A DNA stretch of 64,000 nucleotides from Mustelus asterias (taxonomy: Eukaryota): assembly GCF_964213995.1 (NCBI RefSeq), contig NW_027590554.1:62001-126000 (forward strand). The letters are read 5' to 3'. Shown one piece after another: positions 1-13,073 of this stretch. A model generated the notes under the pieces. That model had not been told where the DNA came from. It worked only from the letters and a program-made list of their open reading frames with translations, and searched no databases. A program made the translations under genes and the position numbers. The first letter of the stretch is position 1. Every line of letters starts with the position of its first letter.

Positions 1-55
1 CAGCAGGGAGGTCAAATGCTTTGAGCGGCCATTTGCAGACGGCTGCAATGTTCAA

Positions 56-99
56 GGTTCTCTGGTCCAATGGTGAGCACTCTGAACAAGACGGATCCT
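56..99 (+). pseudogene. tRNA-Gln pseudogene, internally deleted
   Basis: GGTTCTCTGGTCCAATGGTGAGCACTCTGAAC resembles the tRNA-Gln 5' half; its 3' flank matches the flanks of the Gln copies at 14190 and 15192. Confidence 0.6.
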
Positions 100-454
100 T
101 GCTTTTCTTTGACATTGCTGAGGGTTGATTCGTTGATGGACATTTCGTTTAAATTTCTCACAGAGCAGCAATGCGGATGACAATTTTGGCAGCCAGTTCA
201 GCTGCTTTTACATTGCACATTGCTGAGTCTCTGGCGATAGATGCCTGCACCATCAGTGTTTTTTTCCCCCATCTTTTCGCCACTCTTTTACTCCTCTGTT
301 GCAACAAAGGGGCAGTTGGTGTCACACAACAACCCCATTGGACTGGAGTCCGGCAATTATTGATCAGGTGTGTGAGTTTCTGTGTGTGTGTGTGTGTGCG
401 TGTGTGCGTAGGTGCGTTTTGGGAGATCGGAGTGTCTTACGTCAGAGTGCTGTC

Positions 455-520
455 GGTTCCATGGTGTAACGGTTCACACTCTGGACACTCGCCATCCGAA
501 CTCTTGTTTAAATTGGGACT
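455..520 (+). pseudogene. tRNA-Gln pseudogene
   Basis: GGTTCCATGGTGTAACGGTTCACACTCTGGAC matches the tRNA-Gln 5' half; 3' half is decayed in the same way as the copy at 14811-14881. Confidence 0.7.
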
Positions 521-696
521 GGTGACTGAGTGAATGGCACCCGTAGGTGGACCCCCTGTCCGCTGTGGTTTTCCTGCCTCTCAGCGGTTTGTATTCTTGA
601 ACAACCGTCCTCTGGGTCTGATGCAATGACGACAGGGGCGCCATTCGTTGCATCGTCTGCAAAGTGATTGCGATGGAATTTGCTGAAATTTCCTCA

Positions 697-2414
697 ACGT
701 CTACAAAAGGTGACAGCGGGAAAATCAGTACGGAACCAGTAGAAATGGCAGAGGTGCTTAATGAGTTTTGCCTCGGTTTTCACAGAGGAGAAGGACATGG
801 CTGGATGTACTGTGGGCTTGCGGTGGACTGAAAAGATTGAGTATGTAGACTTTAACAAAGAGGTTGTGCTGTAATCTTTGAATGGCATCAAGATAGATGA
901 GTCGCCGGGTCCGGATGGGATGTACCCCAGGTTACTGTGGGACACGAGGGAAGAGATTGCAGAGCCTCCGGCGATGCTCTTTGCGTCGTCGATGGAGACG
1001 GGAGAGGTGCCGGAGGATTGGAGGATTGCGGAAATACCGACCGGTGAGTCTAACCTCAGTGGTTGGTAAGCTGATGGAGAAGATCCTGAGGGACAAGATT
1101 TATGAGCATTTAGAGAGGTTTAGTATGCTCAAGAATGCTCAGCATGGCTTTGTCAAAGGCAAATCGTGCCTTACGAGCCTGGTGGATTTCTTCGAAAATG
1201 TGACTAAAGACATTGACGAAGGGAAAGCGGCAGATGTGTTTTATATGGACTTTAGCAAGGCGTTCGATAAGGTCCCCCATGCAAGGCGTCTAGAAAAAGT
1301 GAGAGGGCATGGGATTCATGGGGCTGCTGCCCTGTGGATCCAGAACTGGCTTCCCCAAAGGAGGCAGAGAGTGTGTATAGATGGGTCTTTTTCCAAATGG
1401 AGGTCGGTCAACAGTGGTGTGCCCCAGGGGTCTGTTCTGGGACCCTTGCTGTTTGTCATTTTAATAAATGACCTGGATGAGGAAGTGGAGGGATGGGTTG
1501 GTAAGTTTGCCGACGACACGATGTTTGGTGGGGTTGTGGATAGTCTGGAGGGATGTCAGAAATTACAGCGTGACATAGATAGGATGCAAGACTGGACGGA
1601 AAAGTGGCAGATGGACTTCAACCCAGATAAATGCGTAGTGGTCCATTTTGGCAGGTCAAATGGGATGAAGGAGTACAATATAAAGGGAAAGACTCTTAGT
1701 ACTATCGAGGATCAGAAGGACCTTGGGGTCCGGGTCCATAGGACTCTAAAATCGGCCCCGCAGGTGGAGGAGGTGGTTAAGAAGGCGTATGGTGTGCTGG
1801 CCTTTATCAATCGAGGGATTGAGTTTAGGAGTCCGGGGATAATGTTGCAGCTATATAAGACCCTCGTCAGAGCCCACTTGGAGTACTGTGCTCAGTTCTG
1901 GTCGCCTCATTACAGGAAGGATGTGGAAAAGATTGAAAGGGTGCAGAGGCGATTTACAAGGATGTTGCCTGGATTGTGTGGCATGCCTTATGAGGATAGG
2001 CTGAAGGAGCTCGGTCTTTCCTCCTTGGAGAGACGTAGGATGAGGGGGGACTTAATAGAGGTGGATAAGATGTTGAGAGGCATGGATCGGGTGGACACTC
2101 AGAGGCTTTTTCCCAGGGTGGAAATGGCTGCTACGAGAAGACACAGGTTTAAGGTGCTGGAGTGTAGGTGCAGGGGAGATGTTAGGGGGATGTTTTTCAC
2201 ACAGAGGGTGTTGGGCTAGTGGAATCGGCTGCCGTCAGTACTCGTGGACGCAAACTCAATAGGGTCTTTAAAGAGACTCCTGGATGAGTACATGGGACTT
2301 AATAGGATGGAGGGTTATAGGTAGTCCTAAAAGGTAGGGATATGTTTGGCACAACTTGTGGGGCCGAAGGGCCTGTTTTGTGCTGTAGTTGTCTATATTT
2401 CTATGTTTCTATGT
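697..2414 (+). mobile_element. CR1-type LINE, 5'-truncated (RT domain and 3' tail)
   Basis: ORF 897-2219 has [21 protein letters not shown] and FADD; tail of TTCTATGT-type repeats. Confidence 0.95.
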
Positions 2415-2489
2415 TTAGTTTTCCACTTTGAGAATTTTAAATAAACGTCGCTTCAGCAAAATCATTCCCGACTTTAGTAAAGGAAGGCA

Positions 2490-2561
2490 AGGTTCTACCG
2501 ATATTTTAGTTAGGTTCATTGGATTCAGAGTCCAGAGTGCTCACCATTGCACCATAGACCC
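2490..2561 (-). pseudogene. tRNA-Gln(CTG) pseudogene
   Basis: Reverse complement GGGTCTATGGTGCAATGGTGAGCACTCTGGACTCTGAATCC...TCGGTAGAACCT; T-arm/B-box destroyed. Confidence 0.8.
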
Positions 2562-2619
2562 AGGTACAGGACCACTAGTTCCAAATGAGGGCACACAAAT
2601 AGTTTGACCTCTTTTATTC

Positions 2620-3985
2620 AATTACCAGCTTTATCCACCTGTCGTGCGACATTCAGGGACCGCTGTACATGCGCACTAATGCCCCTCTGAGATTCCCAGA
2701 GTCCTGCATTTATCATGTATTCCCTTCCCTTGTTTGTCCTGCCTGAGCACATCACCTCACACTGATCCGGATCGGATTCCATTTGCAACAGATCAGGCCA
2801 TCTGACCAGCTCGTCTATATCCTCCTGTGTACCAAGGCTATCCTTCGCCCTATCTATCACCTCGCCAATGTTTGTATCATCCGCGAACATACTGCTCAAG
2901 CTTTGACCATTCAAATCGAAATCACTCACTTAAACCAAAGAAGCAAGAACACTGACCCCTTCGGGCCCTCAGAAGACATAGTCGTCCAGTCTGAAAACCT
3001 GCCCTCAACCATCACCGACTGCTGTCTGCCATAAGAGTTCATAAGATATAGGAGCAGAATTAAGCCATTCGGCCCATCGAGTCCGCGCCGCCATTCGATC
3101 ATGGATGATATGCTCTTCATCAGCATTTTCCTGCCTTCTCCCCATAACCCTTCAACCCATTGCCAATTAAAAATCTGTCTAACTTCTCCTTAAATTTACG
3201 CACTGCCCCAGCTTCCACCGCACTTTGGAGCAGCGAATTCCACAGAGTCAAAACCCTTTTGGGAGATGTAGTTCCTCCTCAACTCTGTTTTAAATTTGCA
3301 ACCCCTTATCCTAAGGCCATGACCTCCCGTCCCAGAAGGTCCCACCAAACGAAGCATTCGCTCCACGTCTACTTTATCCATGCCTTTTATCATCTTGTAT
3401 ACCTCAATTTGTTCTCCCCTAATTCGTCTCAATTATAGAGTGTATAGGCCTAAATTGTTCAATTTCTCTTCATACGACAAACCCTTCATCTCTGGAAGCA
3501 ATCTTGTAAACTTCCTCTGAACTGCCTCCAATGCCACTACATTTTTCCTCAAATAAGCAGAACAGAACTACGCACAATACTTCAGGCGCGGCCTCACCAA
3601 TACCTTCTATAGTTGCAGCAATACTTCCTTGCCTTTATATTCTATTCCTTTAGCTATAACTGCCAACATTCCTTTCACTTTCTTTATCTGCTGTACCTGC
3701 ATGGTAGATTCCTGTGACTCAAGAACGAGGGCATCCAGATCCCTCTGCACCGGAGTACCCCAAAGTTTCTCCCCATTTAGATAGTAAGTCTTCCCATTTT
3801 TCCGAACAAAATGCATGACCTCAGAATTTGCCACGTTAAACTCCATCTGCCACATTTTCGCCCACTCTCCCAACCTATCTATATTCATTTGTAAGGTTCT
3901 TATTTCTTCTTTGCAACTTACTATCCTGCCTATTTGTGAGTCTTCTGCAAATTTGGCTGGAGTGCCTTCTATCCTTGTATACATG
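2620..3985 (-). mobile_element. Two adjacent decayed CR1 fragments (about 2620-3030 and 3031-3985)
   Basis: Minus-strand ORFs with FADD/FAED, WQMEFN and FKTELRRN motifs. Confidence 0.85.
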
Positions 3986-6822
3986 TCGTGTGTATTCAGG
4001 AGGAACTTCTCATTCAGTATGTGAATGTTCCGAATGGAGAGAGGGCGAAACTTGACCTCCTCTTGGGAAATAAGGAAGAGCGGGTGACAGAAGTAGAGCG
4101 AGGGATCACTTTGGGACGAGTGACCATAATTCCATTAGTTTTAAGATAATTATGGAGAACGAAAGGCTGGCCCAAAAGTTGGAATTCTAAATTGGGGCAA
4201 GGCCAATGTTGATGGTATCAGACAGGAACTTTCAAAAGTTAATTGGGGGAGTTTTTTGGCAGGTAAAGGGGCGTCTGGTAAGTGGGAAGCTTTCAAAGGT
4301 CTGTGAACCAGGTTGCAGGGCAAGCACATTCCTCTGAGAGTGAAGGGCAAGGCTGGTAGAAGGAGGGAACCCTGGATGACTGGGGATATTGAGGCCCTGG
4401 TCAAGAATAAAAAGGAAGAAAATGACATGCATATGCAGCTGGGATCAAGTGGGTCCTTGAAGAATATAGAGAGTGTAGGAGTAGAGATAAGAGGAGTCAG
4501 GAGAGCAAAAAGGGCACACGGCAGATAAGGCAAAGGAGAATCCAAAGAGTTTCTACAAGTATATAAAGGGTAAAAGAGTAACTAGGGGACAGAGTAGCGC
4601 CTCTTCAGAATCAACAAGGTCATTTATGTGCGGATCCACAAGAGATGGATCAGTTGCTAAATGAATATTTGTCAGTATTTAGTGTTGCAAAAGGCATGGA
4701 TGTTAGGGAAATTAGCGATATAAATAGTGATGTATTGAGGCGTGTAACGAGAAGGAGATGCTGGATGTCTCAAAGCGCATCAAGGTAGATACATCGCAAG
4801 GACCTGATGATGTGCATTGCAGGACGTTGTGGGAGGCCAAGGACGAAATTGACTGCCCCCGAGCAGAGATATTTGAATCATGGACAGCCAGAGGTGACTG
4901 AAGATTGGAGGATGGCAAATGTCGTGCATTTGTTTCAAATGGGCTGCAAGGAAAAGCCTGGGAATTACAGGCCGGTGAGCCTCATATCTGTAGTGGGTTA
5001 CTTGTTTGAAGGCATTCTGAGAGGCAGGGATCTGCAGGCATTTAGAGAGGCAAGGACTGATTAGGGAAACTCAGTGTGGCATTGTGAGTGGAAAATCATT
5101 TCTCACAAATTTGATGGGGTTTTTTGAAGGGGTAACCAAGAAGGTACATGAGGGAAGTGCAGTTGATATTGACTACATGGACTTTAGCAAGGCCTTTGAC
5201 AAGATATCACATGGTAGGTTGTTGCATAACGTTCATTCTCACGGTATTATGGGTGAGGTAGCCAAATTGATACAAAGTTGGCTTGACGACAGAACACAGA
5301 GGGTCGTTGTAGAGGATTGTTTTTCAAACTGAAGGCCTGTGACCAGCGGTGTGTCTCACCGTTGGATGCACTGTTATTTGTCATGTTTATTAATGATTTG
5401 GATGAGAATTTAGGAGGCATAGTTTGTAAGGTTGCAGATGACACCGAGATAGATGACATCGTGAACAGAAAAGAAGTTTCTCTTGGATTGCAACGGGATA
5501 TTGATCAATTGTGAAAGAACAAACGGTCTTGTGATAGGATGTAAGGCTGGGGTGACTGAATGTCAATGGGGATGTTTAATGCTTACACTGATGCAATCTC
5601 TCAGATCTGGATTCATATGTCAGTTATGAATTATGCACAAAATCCCTCGCCTTCCAATGACTTGAAGGCAGTTTTCAGTCATAAATCATTAACTTTCAGC
5701 TTAAAAAAGTGGGATGGAGAAAAACTCAGTTTGAGCGGTGACGCCTCGAGAGGATTGGAAGCATTGGAGTTCACCCAGGAAAGGGGCAAAGTTTGAAAAC
5801 AGCTGCGAATAACGTCGGGCTCGATCCCACGATGACTGCGATCAAGAGTCTCATACTCTGCCGACTGAGCTAGCCAGGCACGTTGACTAGCTAGTATTCC
5901 AAATCCCCAAATCTATGGAGGCAAATGTGTGTTTTGTTTCCCCATCAGGTGTGTCAGCTTGATCTGATTACAACGTTTACAATGAATCAAACAAGGGAGT
6001 TTAATTTCGATAAATGCGAGGTGATGCATTTTTTTTTAGATTGAAGCTGGGCAGGACTTATTCAGTTAGGGGTAGGGCGCTGGGGTGAGTTACAGAACAA
6101 AGAGATCTAGGGGGTATAGGTTCATAGCTCCTTGAAAGTGGAGTCACAGGTGGAGAGAGTGGTGACGAAAGTATTCAGGATGCTTGGTTTCATTGGTCAG
6201 AACATTGAAAACAGGAGTTGGGACGTCTTGTTGAAGTTGTACAAGACATTAGTAAGGCCACACTTGGAATGCTGTGTACAGTTCTGGTCACCCTATTATA
6301 GAAAGGATATTATTAAACGAGAAAGAGTGCAGAAGAGATTTACTAGGATGCTACCGGGACTTGATGGTTTGTGTTATAAGGAGAGGTTGGATAGACTGAG
6401 ACTTTTTCCCCTGGAGCGTAGAAGGCTGAGGGATGATTTTATAGAGGTCTATAAAATAATGAGGGGCACAAATCAGCAAGATAGTCAATATATTTTCCCA
6501 AAGGTAGGGGAATCTTAAACTAGAGGGCATAGGTTTAAGTTGAGAGAGGAAAGATACAAAAGTGTCCAGCGGGGCATTTTCTTTACACAGAGGGTGTTGA
6601 GTGTCTGGAACAAGCTGCCAGAAGTAGTAGTAGAGGCGAGTACAATTTTGACTTTTAAAAAGCATTTGGACAATTACATAGGTAAGATGTGTACAGAGGG
6701 ACATGGGCCAAATGCGGACAATTGGGACTAGCTTTGGGGTTTAAAAAGAAAGGGTGGCATGGACAAGTAGGGCCGAACAGCCTGTTTCAATGCTGTAAAC
6801 CTCTATGACTCTATGACTCTGT
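3986..6822 (+). mobile_element. CR1 LINE, decayed, split by a non-TE insert at 5512-5995
   Basis: ORF fragments [22 protein letters not shown] and FFTQRV; CTATGACT tail; the RT sequence resumes almost collinearly after the insert. Confidence 0.9.
5806..5879 (-). pseudogene. tRNA-Lys(CTT) pseudogene
   Basis: Reverse complement GCCTGGCTAGCTCAGTCGGCAGAGTATGAGACTCTTGATC...GTGGGATCGAGCCCGACGTT; acceptor stem broken. Confidence 0.85.
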
Positions 6823-7279
6823 GATTGCCCTAGAGATTCCCGAAGGTTACAATGCATTCCTCTCAATAATCATTGACATCATTGGGATCTTCTACGTCTT
6901 AGATTCATGTCCTTCCAAACATTAAAAACTCGTCTTACATCTTTCACCTTAGTATTTTTGTTCAAATACTCCAGCCAGCAGGTGAAGCCATACAGCATGT
7001 ACCCTGTCAAACTGTCTCCCAATTTCAGACATTTCATTGTGATCACCTCTCATTCTACACTACAGAGAGACCATATTCATCCAACTGGATCCCTCCGCCC
7101 AGGAGAACAGCCTCACAATAGAAATCAACCCAGAGGACCTTGGTTACACACAGACAGCGACAGAATAGAAGGAGCAAAGAGAAAACAGTGATCGATGCAC
7201 AGACAGAGACTGAAAGAAACCGATACAGTTATAGAGCGACAACGAAAGACAGAGCAGACATCAAGAACCCATGAGTAAT

Positions 7280-7588
7280 ACTATAATGCAGTGCAGAAGG
7301 ACGCCATTCGGCCAATCGAGTCAGCATCGACCAAAATCCCACAGAGACACTATCCACATAACCCCATGTATTTATACGAGCAAGACTCTAAGGTGCAATT
7401 TAGCGTGGCCAATGCACCTAAAAGGCAATTTTTTTGACGTGGAAGGGAACTGGATCAGCCAGAAATAACACACGCAAACATGGGGAGAACTTGCAAACTT
7501 CAAACAGACAGTTACCCTTGCTGGGAATCGAATGCGGGTCTCTAGTTTCTGAAGCAGCAATGCTAACCACTCTGCCACCGTAACACCC
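7280..7588 (-). mobile_element. HE1-type tRNA-derived SINE, diverged
   Basis: tRNA-like head, conserved central domain and CR1-like tail; similar to 32604-32944. Confidence 0.8.
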
Positions 7589-7599
7589 CAATACATACC

Positions 7600-7730
7600 A
7601 CTTACCTGATGAAGGCGCAGCGCTCTGAAAACTTGTTTTTTGGTTAATAAAAACTTTTTGGCTTTAGTCTGATGTTCTGAGACTTCTTACTATGCCCACA
7701 CCAGTTCATCGCCAGCATCTCCACATCATG
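7600..7730 (+). mobile_element. Penelope-like element terminus with hammerhead-like core
   Basis: CTGATGA-AGGCGCAGCGCTCT-GAAA; same family as 57992-58106. Confidence 0.6.
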
Positions 7731-8147
7731 ATGATACACACAACAGCTTTCTGAACCCACAAGCATGGGTTCCTCTGAATTGACGAATAGGTGTAAAGTG
7801 AATATCCACAAGCGTCTTTTGAGAGGGTCGTGATTTAGTTTTGAGCATGTTATGTTGATACAATCCCTTCAGCGTGTGTTCAGGTTCTCATACAAAACCC
7901 CATGTAACCCACTCCTGCCGTGCACACGGACAATAAACTAACAAATCCATGGCTTGGCCTGTTGGACACAGAACCTAAATGAATAATTCGGATATGAACC
8001 CGAGACCTCTTGCAACTTTGTGGATCTATAATACTCAAAGAGAGAATTATAACCCCAAGACCTACGAGCCACCGAGAGGAACACAGGTTAGACATTACAT
8101 TCTCATTGCCATCCAAAACTGATTAGACATCTGCAGTGCAAGGTGAA

Positions 8148-9710
8148 CAAAGACAAAGAACAAAGAACAATACAGCACAGGAACAGGCCCTTCGGCCCTC
8201 CAAGCCCGCGCCGCTCCCCGGTCCAGGATTGAATCCTGAATCCAGGATCCCCGCCCAATTTTCCAGCCTATCTACATCCTAATATCCTATCCACCGAGCT
8301 GTCCCTCACAGCTACGATGCTTTGTTCATCACAACCTATTAACTCACCCCCACCCCGCCCCATTCCAGACCATGTGATCTCCAGGGAGAGGCGAAAACCC
8401 AGAGTGAAAACCCCAGGGCCAATATGGGGAATAAAAATCTGGGAAATTCCTCTCCGACCCCCTGAGGCGATCGAAACGAGTCCAGGAGATCACACTGGCC
8501 CTGATCAGAAAATGCTTCCCAACCCTATTCATTTCCACTTCTGCTTTACGAACACCATCTGAATTCCCTGCCCCCGAGGCAGGTTCCCAACTATCCGCAG
8601 TCTCGCTCTGTACTGGCACCAGTAAGATGATCATAGAATGAAGCTTTGAAACGAGAAACAAAGAACAATTAGCCCGCGCCGCTCCCTGGTCCAAACTAGA
8701 CCACTCTTTTGTATCCCTCCATTCCCACTCCGTTCATATAGCTGTCTAGATAAGTCTTAAACGTTCCCAGTGTGTCCGCCTCCACCACCTTGCCCGGCAA
8801 CACATTCCAGGCCCCCACGACCCTCTGTGTAAAATATGTCCTTCTGATATCTGTGTTAAACCTCTCCCCCTTCACCTTGAACCTATGACCCCTCGTGAAC
8901 GTCATCACCGACCCGGGGACAAGCTTCCCACCGTTCACCCTATCTATGCCTTTCATAATTTTATACACCTCTATTAAGTCTCCCCTCATCCTCCGTCTTT
9001 CCAAGGAGAACAACCCCAGTTTCCCCAATCTCTCCTCATAACCAAGCCCCTCCATACCAGACAACATCCTGGTAAACCTCCTCTGTACTCTCTCCAAAGC
9101 CTCCACGTCCTTCTGGTAGTGTGGCGACCAGAACTGGACGCAGTATTCCAAATGCGGCCGAACCAACGTTCTATACATCTGCAACATCAGACCCCAACTT
9201 TTATACTCTATGCCCCGTCCTATAAAGGCAAGCATGCCATATGCCTTCCTCACCACCTTCTCCACCTGTGACGTCACCTTCAAAGATCTGTGGACTTGCA
9301 CACCCAGGTCCCTCTGCGTCTCTACACCCTTTATGGTTCTTCCATTTATCGTGTAGCTCCTCCCTACATTATTCCCACCAAAATGCATCACTTCGCATTT
9401 ATCAGGATTGAACTCCATCTGCCATTTCTTTGCCCAAATTTCCAGCCTATCTATATCCTTCTGTAGCCTCTGACAATGTTCCTCACTATCTGCAAGTCCT
9501 GCCAGTTTTGTGTCGTCCGCAAACTTACTGATCACCCCAGTTACTCCTTCTTCCAGATCATTTACATAAATCACAAACAGCAGAGGTCCCAATACAGAGC
9601 CCTGCGGAACACCACTAGTCACAGGCCTCCAGCCGGAAAAAGACCCTTCCACTGTCTTCTATGACCAAGCCAGTTCTCCACCCATCTAGCCACCTCCCCC
9701 TTTATCCCTT
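8148..9710 (-). mobile_element. CR1 LINE, young, 5'-truncated, long 3' UTR
   Basis: Open 318-aa RT C-terminal ORF 8696-9652; TTCTTTG-type repeat tail. Confidence 0.95.
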
Positions 9711-10736
9711 TATGAAAGGGCTGAAAAAACGCAGGAAGTCAGGCCGTGTGTGCACACAGGGAAACAAAGATCAATTATCATCTCCATGACGTTTAATTCA
9801 AACATGAAATGGTTAGAAATGTAGGAAGTTTTTAAAAAGTGATATCCGGGAGGGAGGAAACATAACAAAAGCTGATGAGATGGGCGTCAGGAGTGATTAA
9901 ATGGGAGATTGAGGCCAGTCCAAAGTACTTTACTGGACTCACATGTGCTGTGGATAAAGGGGAACCTGTGGATGTGCTGAACATAGATTGCACACCTGCC
10001 ACTTTGATGTGGTTGTGGGTTTTGAAACTTGAAAATTTCACTTAAGACGAGAGGAAATAAGATCTGAAAAATGCAAATTCAGTTCTTCGAGCTTGCTCTG
10101 GCATTCAACCAGTTCATGGCTGATCTCTCCCTGGTCTCAAATTCACGTACCCACCTGAACTCTTTCTTGAAGCCTGTTAATGATTCAGACTCCACCATGC
10201 TATGGGGCAGCAAGTTCCACAAATCCACGACCGTCAGCGATAAGTAGTTCCTCAACAACTCAGTAATACGTCTACCGCCTCTCAACCTGTACATTTGACA
10301 CTAGCTCTGACAAAATGTCATCTAGACTCGAAACTTTCGTTCTATCCTTTCCCCACAGATGTGACAGAACAGCTGAGATTTTCCAACTTTTTCTATTTGT
10401 TTTTCAGATTCCAGCATCCACAGTATTTTGCTTTTATGCACATGCGATCTCTTGTTCTCAGTAGCCCAATAAGAAGAAACATTTGGTCTACGTTTATTCT
10501 ATCAATCGCTTTTAGAATTTTATATACCTCGATCACTTCAGCATCTTGTGGGACGATTTCACTCACTATCGATTTCATGTCCCAGCGAACTCAATTGGTG
10601 TTCTCATTGGCTGAAGGAAGCACCGATGCTCCATCCAAACGGGACACTTTGACGGAGAATCTTGTCTCTAGTGAAAACGATCAGGGATGAAAATAATAAG
10701 CGAAGGAGTACAGTTCGGAAAACTGATTTCACCAGT

Positions 10737-10808
10737 TACTCTGGTAGTCCTGTGGTTTGTGTTCAGCACTCCCCCAGTGATATTTGGTTTCAATTCTCGC
10801 TCAGGAAG
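10737..10808 (+). pseudogene. Highly decayed tRNA-Glu-like locus
   Basis: Aligns loosely to TCCCTGGTGGTCTAGTGGTTAGGATTCGGCGC...; shares about 200 bp of 3' flank with the Glu-like locus at 15663. Confidence 0.45.
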
Positions 10809-11731
10809 AGAAGATTCATTGCTCTCAGCAAACAATTAAAATAAGATGATTTAAGCTTTGATCGAAAGCAGATCTACTGGAATCAGCCGATTGAGGATTG
10901 AAAGTTTACATCAGACCTGGAAATGTCACATGTGCAACAGTTCAAGAACAAACACAGAAAGAGAAGGACAGTGATGGTTTGTCAAGCGCGAAGAATAGGT
11001 AAAATCTGGATTATAATTGGTGAGATTTTACCGATTACACTGTTAGTGAATTATGAAACTTTTCCCTCACTCTGCAATGAAAAGCAATTGGAAAGGTTTA
11101 TGTCCGGCTTCGCACCGTCGGATGCGAAAACGTTAACTGCAGTGGAGTGATTGCTGTGTGCTGTCATTGGCTGAACACATCACTGTATTGAACCAGAAGG
11201 TTCCATTTTTCAGGAGAAACTTGTTTATGGTGAAAGTGGCCTTGCGTGAAAATAAAAATAACAAACGCAGCGTGGATAAAGCAAATTCTAAAACACGTTG
11301 CAAGCTGCTGCCCTGGGGGTTAGAGATTGACACTTTCACTAATGTTTTGACTGCAGGTCAGAAAATGAAGATTTATTGCTCTCATCTAAACCGTGAAAAC
11401 AGATGTCAGTTATTGCCTGGTAGAACATATAACGCACAAACTCACCATGTGTCCCGAAGTGAAGGCCCTGAACACTTCAACATGAAGTTTTATTTTCATT
11501 TCTGTTCGGAGCTTGAGAAGCAGACGAGGTTAAGTAACGTTTAAATCGTGCCAGCCCTTTATTGCAGCTCATTGTGTTTCTGACTGGAGATGATTTCTGT
11601 TTTTCGAACAGTTCAGGATGAGTTGAATCAGTGAAGTTGCAAGTTCCTGACAGGCTTTCCCAATTCCATTGCTTCCAATGTATTTCAGTAACAATATCAG
11701 TAAATTGCATGATTAACACATCTGTCATTGT

Positions 11732-11808
11732 GATAGCGTGGCCGAGCGGTTTAAAGCCGTGGATTAAGGCTCCAGTTTCTATGGAGATTTCGAATTCCAC
11801 CGCTGCCA
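11732..11808 (+). pseudogene. tRNA-Leu(AAG) pseudogene
   Basis: GATAGCGTGGCCGAGCGGTTTAAAGCCGTGGATTAAGGCTCCAGT...TTCGAATTCCACCGCTGCCA; small deletion in the variable/T arm. Confidence 0.85.
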
Positions 11809-12219
11809 GACTCGATTTAAGTTTTGGTCTTTCGGCTGAATTCTAACAGTTCAGATATGTTTGCTCCTTGCTGGATTTCACTTGTCTTCAACTTCCTACC
11901 TTTCTGACCAGTCCCAGTGTTCATGAAAAGTCATGGAGGCGAAAGATGAGCTTTGTTTCCCTGTGCACACTCTGTATTACTTCCTGAGATTTTTCCAACA
12001 TTATCATCTTTCAGTGCAGATGTGTGATCCGCTTGGGATGTCAACGAAAACATATTTAATTGACATGCATCTTTCACGGTTGCCTGTTGGTCCAAAGGTA
12101 TGTTTCCCACTTTGGGTGCTAAAATATGCAAGCTTGCGTGAGGTCCCTGTTCACATCCTGGATAAGACGTCATTTAGCTGTTGTTTCGCATTGGACAAGA
12201 CGAGAATTTTCTTCGTCGA

Positions 12220-12585
12220 CTTCCCGTGCACATGGCAGGATTGGTTTACATGGGGTATGATTTGAGAACCTGAACACACACTGCAAGGATTCTGTCAGCA
12301 CAACAGACTCACAAAGAATCAAGACATTTTCAAAAGGTGACTATGATTTCGGACATTCACTAAATCATTATTCACCAATTCAGAGGATTGCATTCTTCTG
12401 GATTCAGACAGCTGTTGTGTGTATATGGCGTTCTGCTTGTCTGCCCCACTCTCTGTCCCTCTTTGTCTCTTTTTGTTGTTGTTTACCTGTCTCAGACTCT
12501 TTCAATCTCTGTCTCTCTATCAGTGCATCGATCAATGTTCCCTCTTTTGCTCTGTGGTCCCTCTATTCCCTCGCTGTCTATGTTC
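12220..12585 (+). repeat. Unclassified interspersed repeat; other copies at about 7150-7925 (-) and 55510-55700 (+)
   Basis: Shared core ATGGGGT...TGAGAACCTGA-CACA-ACTG in all three. Confidence 0.7.
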
Positions 12586-13015
12586 AATCAAGGTTTACTG
12601 GATTGATTCACGTGATGATGAGGTTGTCTTGGGAGGAGAGATTCAGTGCGATGAGCCTGTTTTCTCGTTAGATTAGAATAATGAGAGATGATCGGATTAA
12701 AAAGTCTGAAAATGGCGAGACAGTCTGACTTCGGACACACTGAGACGCTGTTTCCCCACCTGGTTGGAGCATTTAGATCAAAATTATTAAGGTGAATGAT
12801 GTAAGAGGAGTTAGCAATGTTTGGAAGTAGGTGAAGCTAAGAAGTGGAAGATGTGAATGAAGATATTTATGATTGAGAGGAATGCATTGTAACCTCAGGG
12901 ATTCTGTAGATTGATTGATTGTATACTTCGTAATCAGAACAAGCTGAGACACCAGATGGAAACGCTTTATTGGTCTCCACACATTTTAGGATGTGGAGTG
13001 GCAGGTTTGTATGTG

Positions 13016-13073
13016 GTGAGCTAGCTGAGTCGGTAGGGCGTGACGCTTTCGATTTCAGCCCCACGTTGGGCGC
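13016..13073 (+). pseudogene. tRNA-Lys(CTT)-derived pseudogene, internally deleted
   Basis: GCTAGCTGAGTCGGTAGGGCGTGA...AGCCCCACGTTGGGCG; both flanks match those of 5806-5879. Confidence 0.8.
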
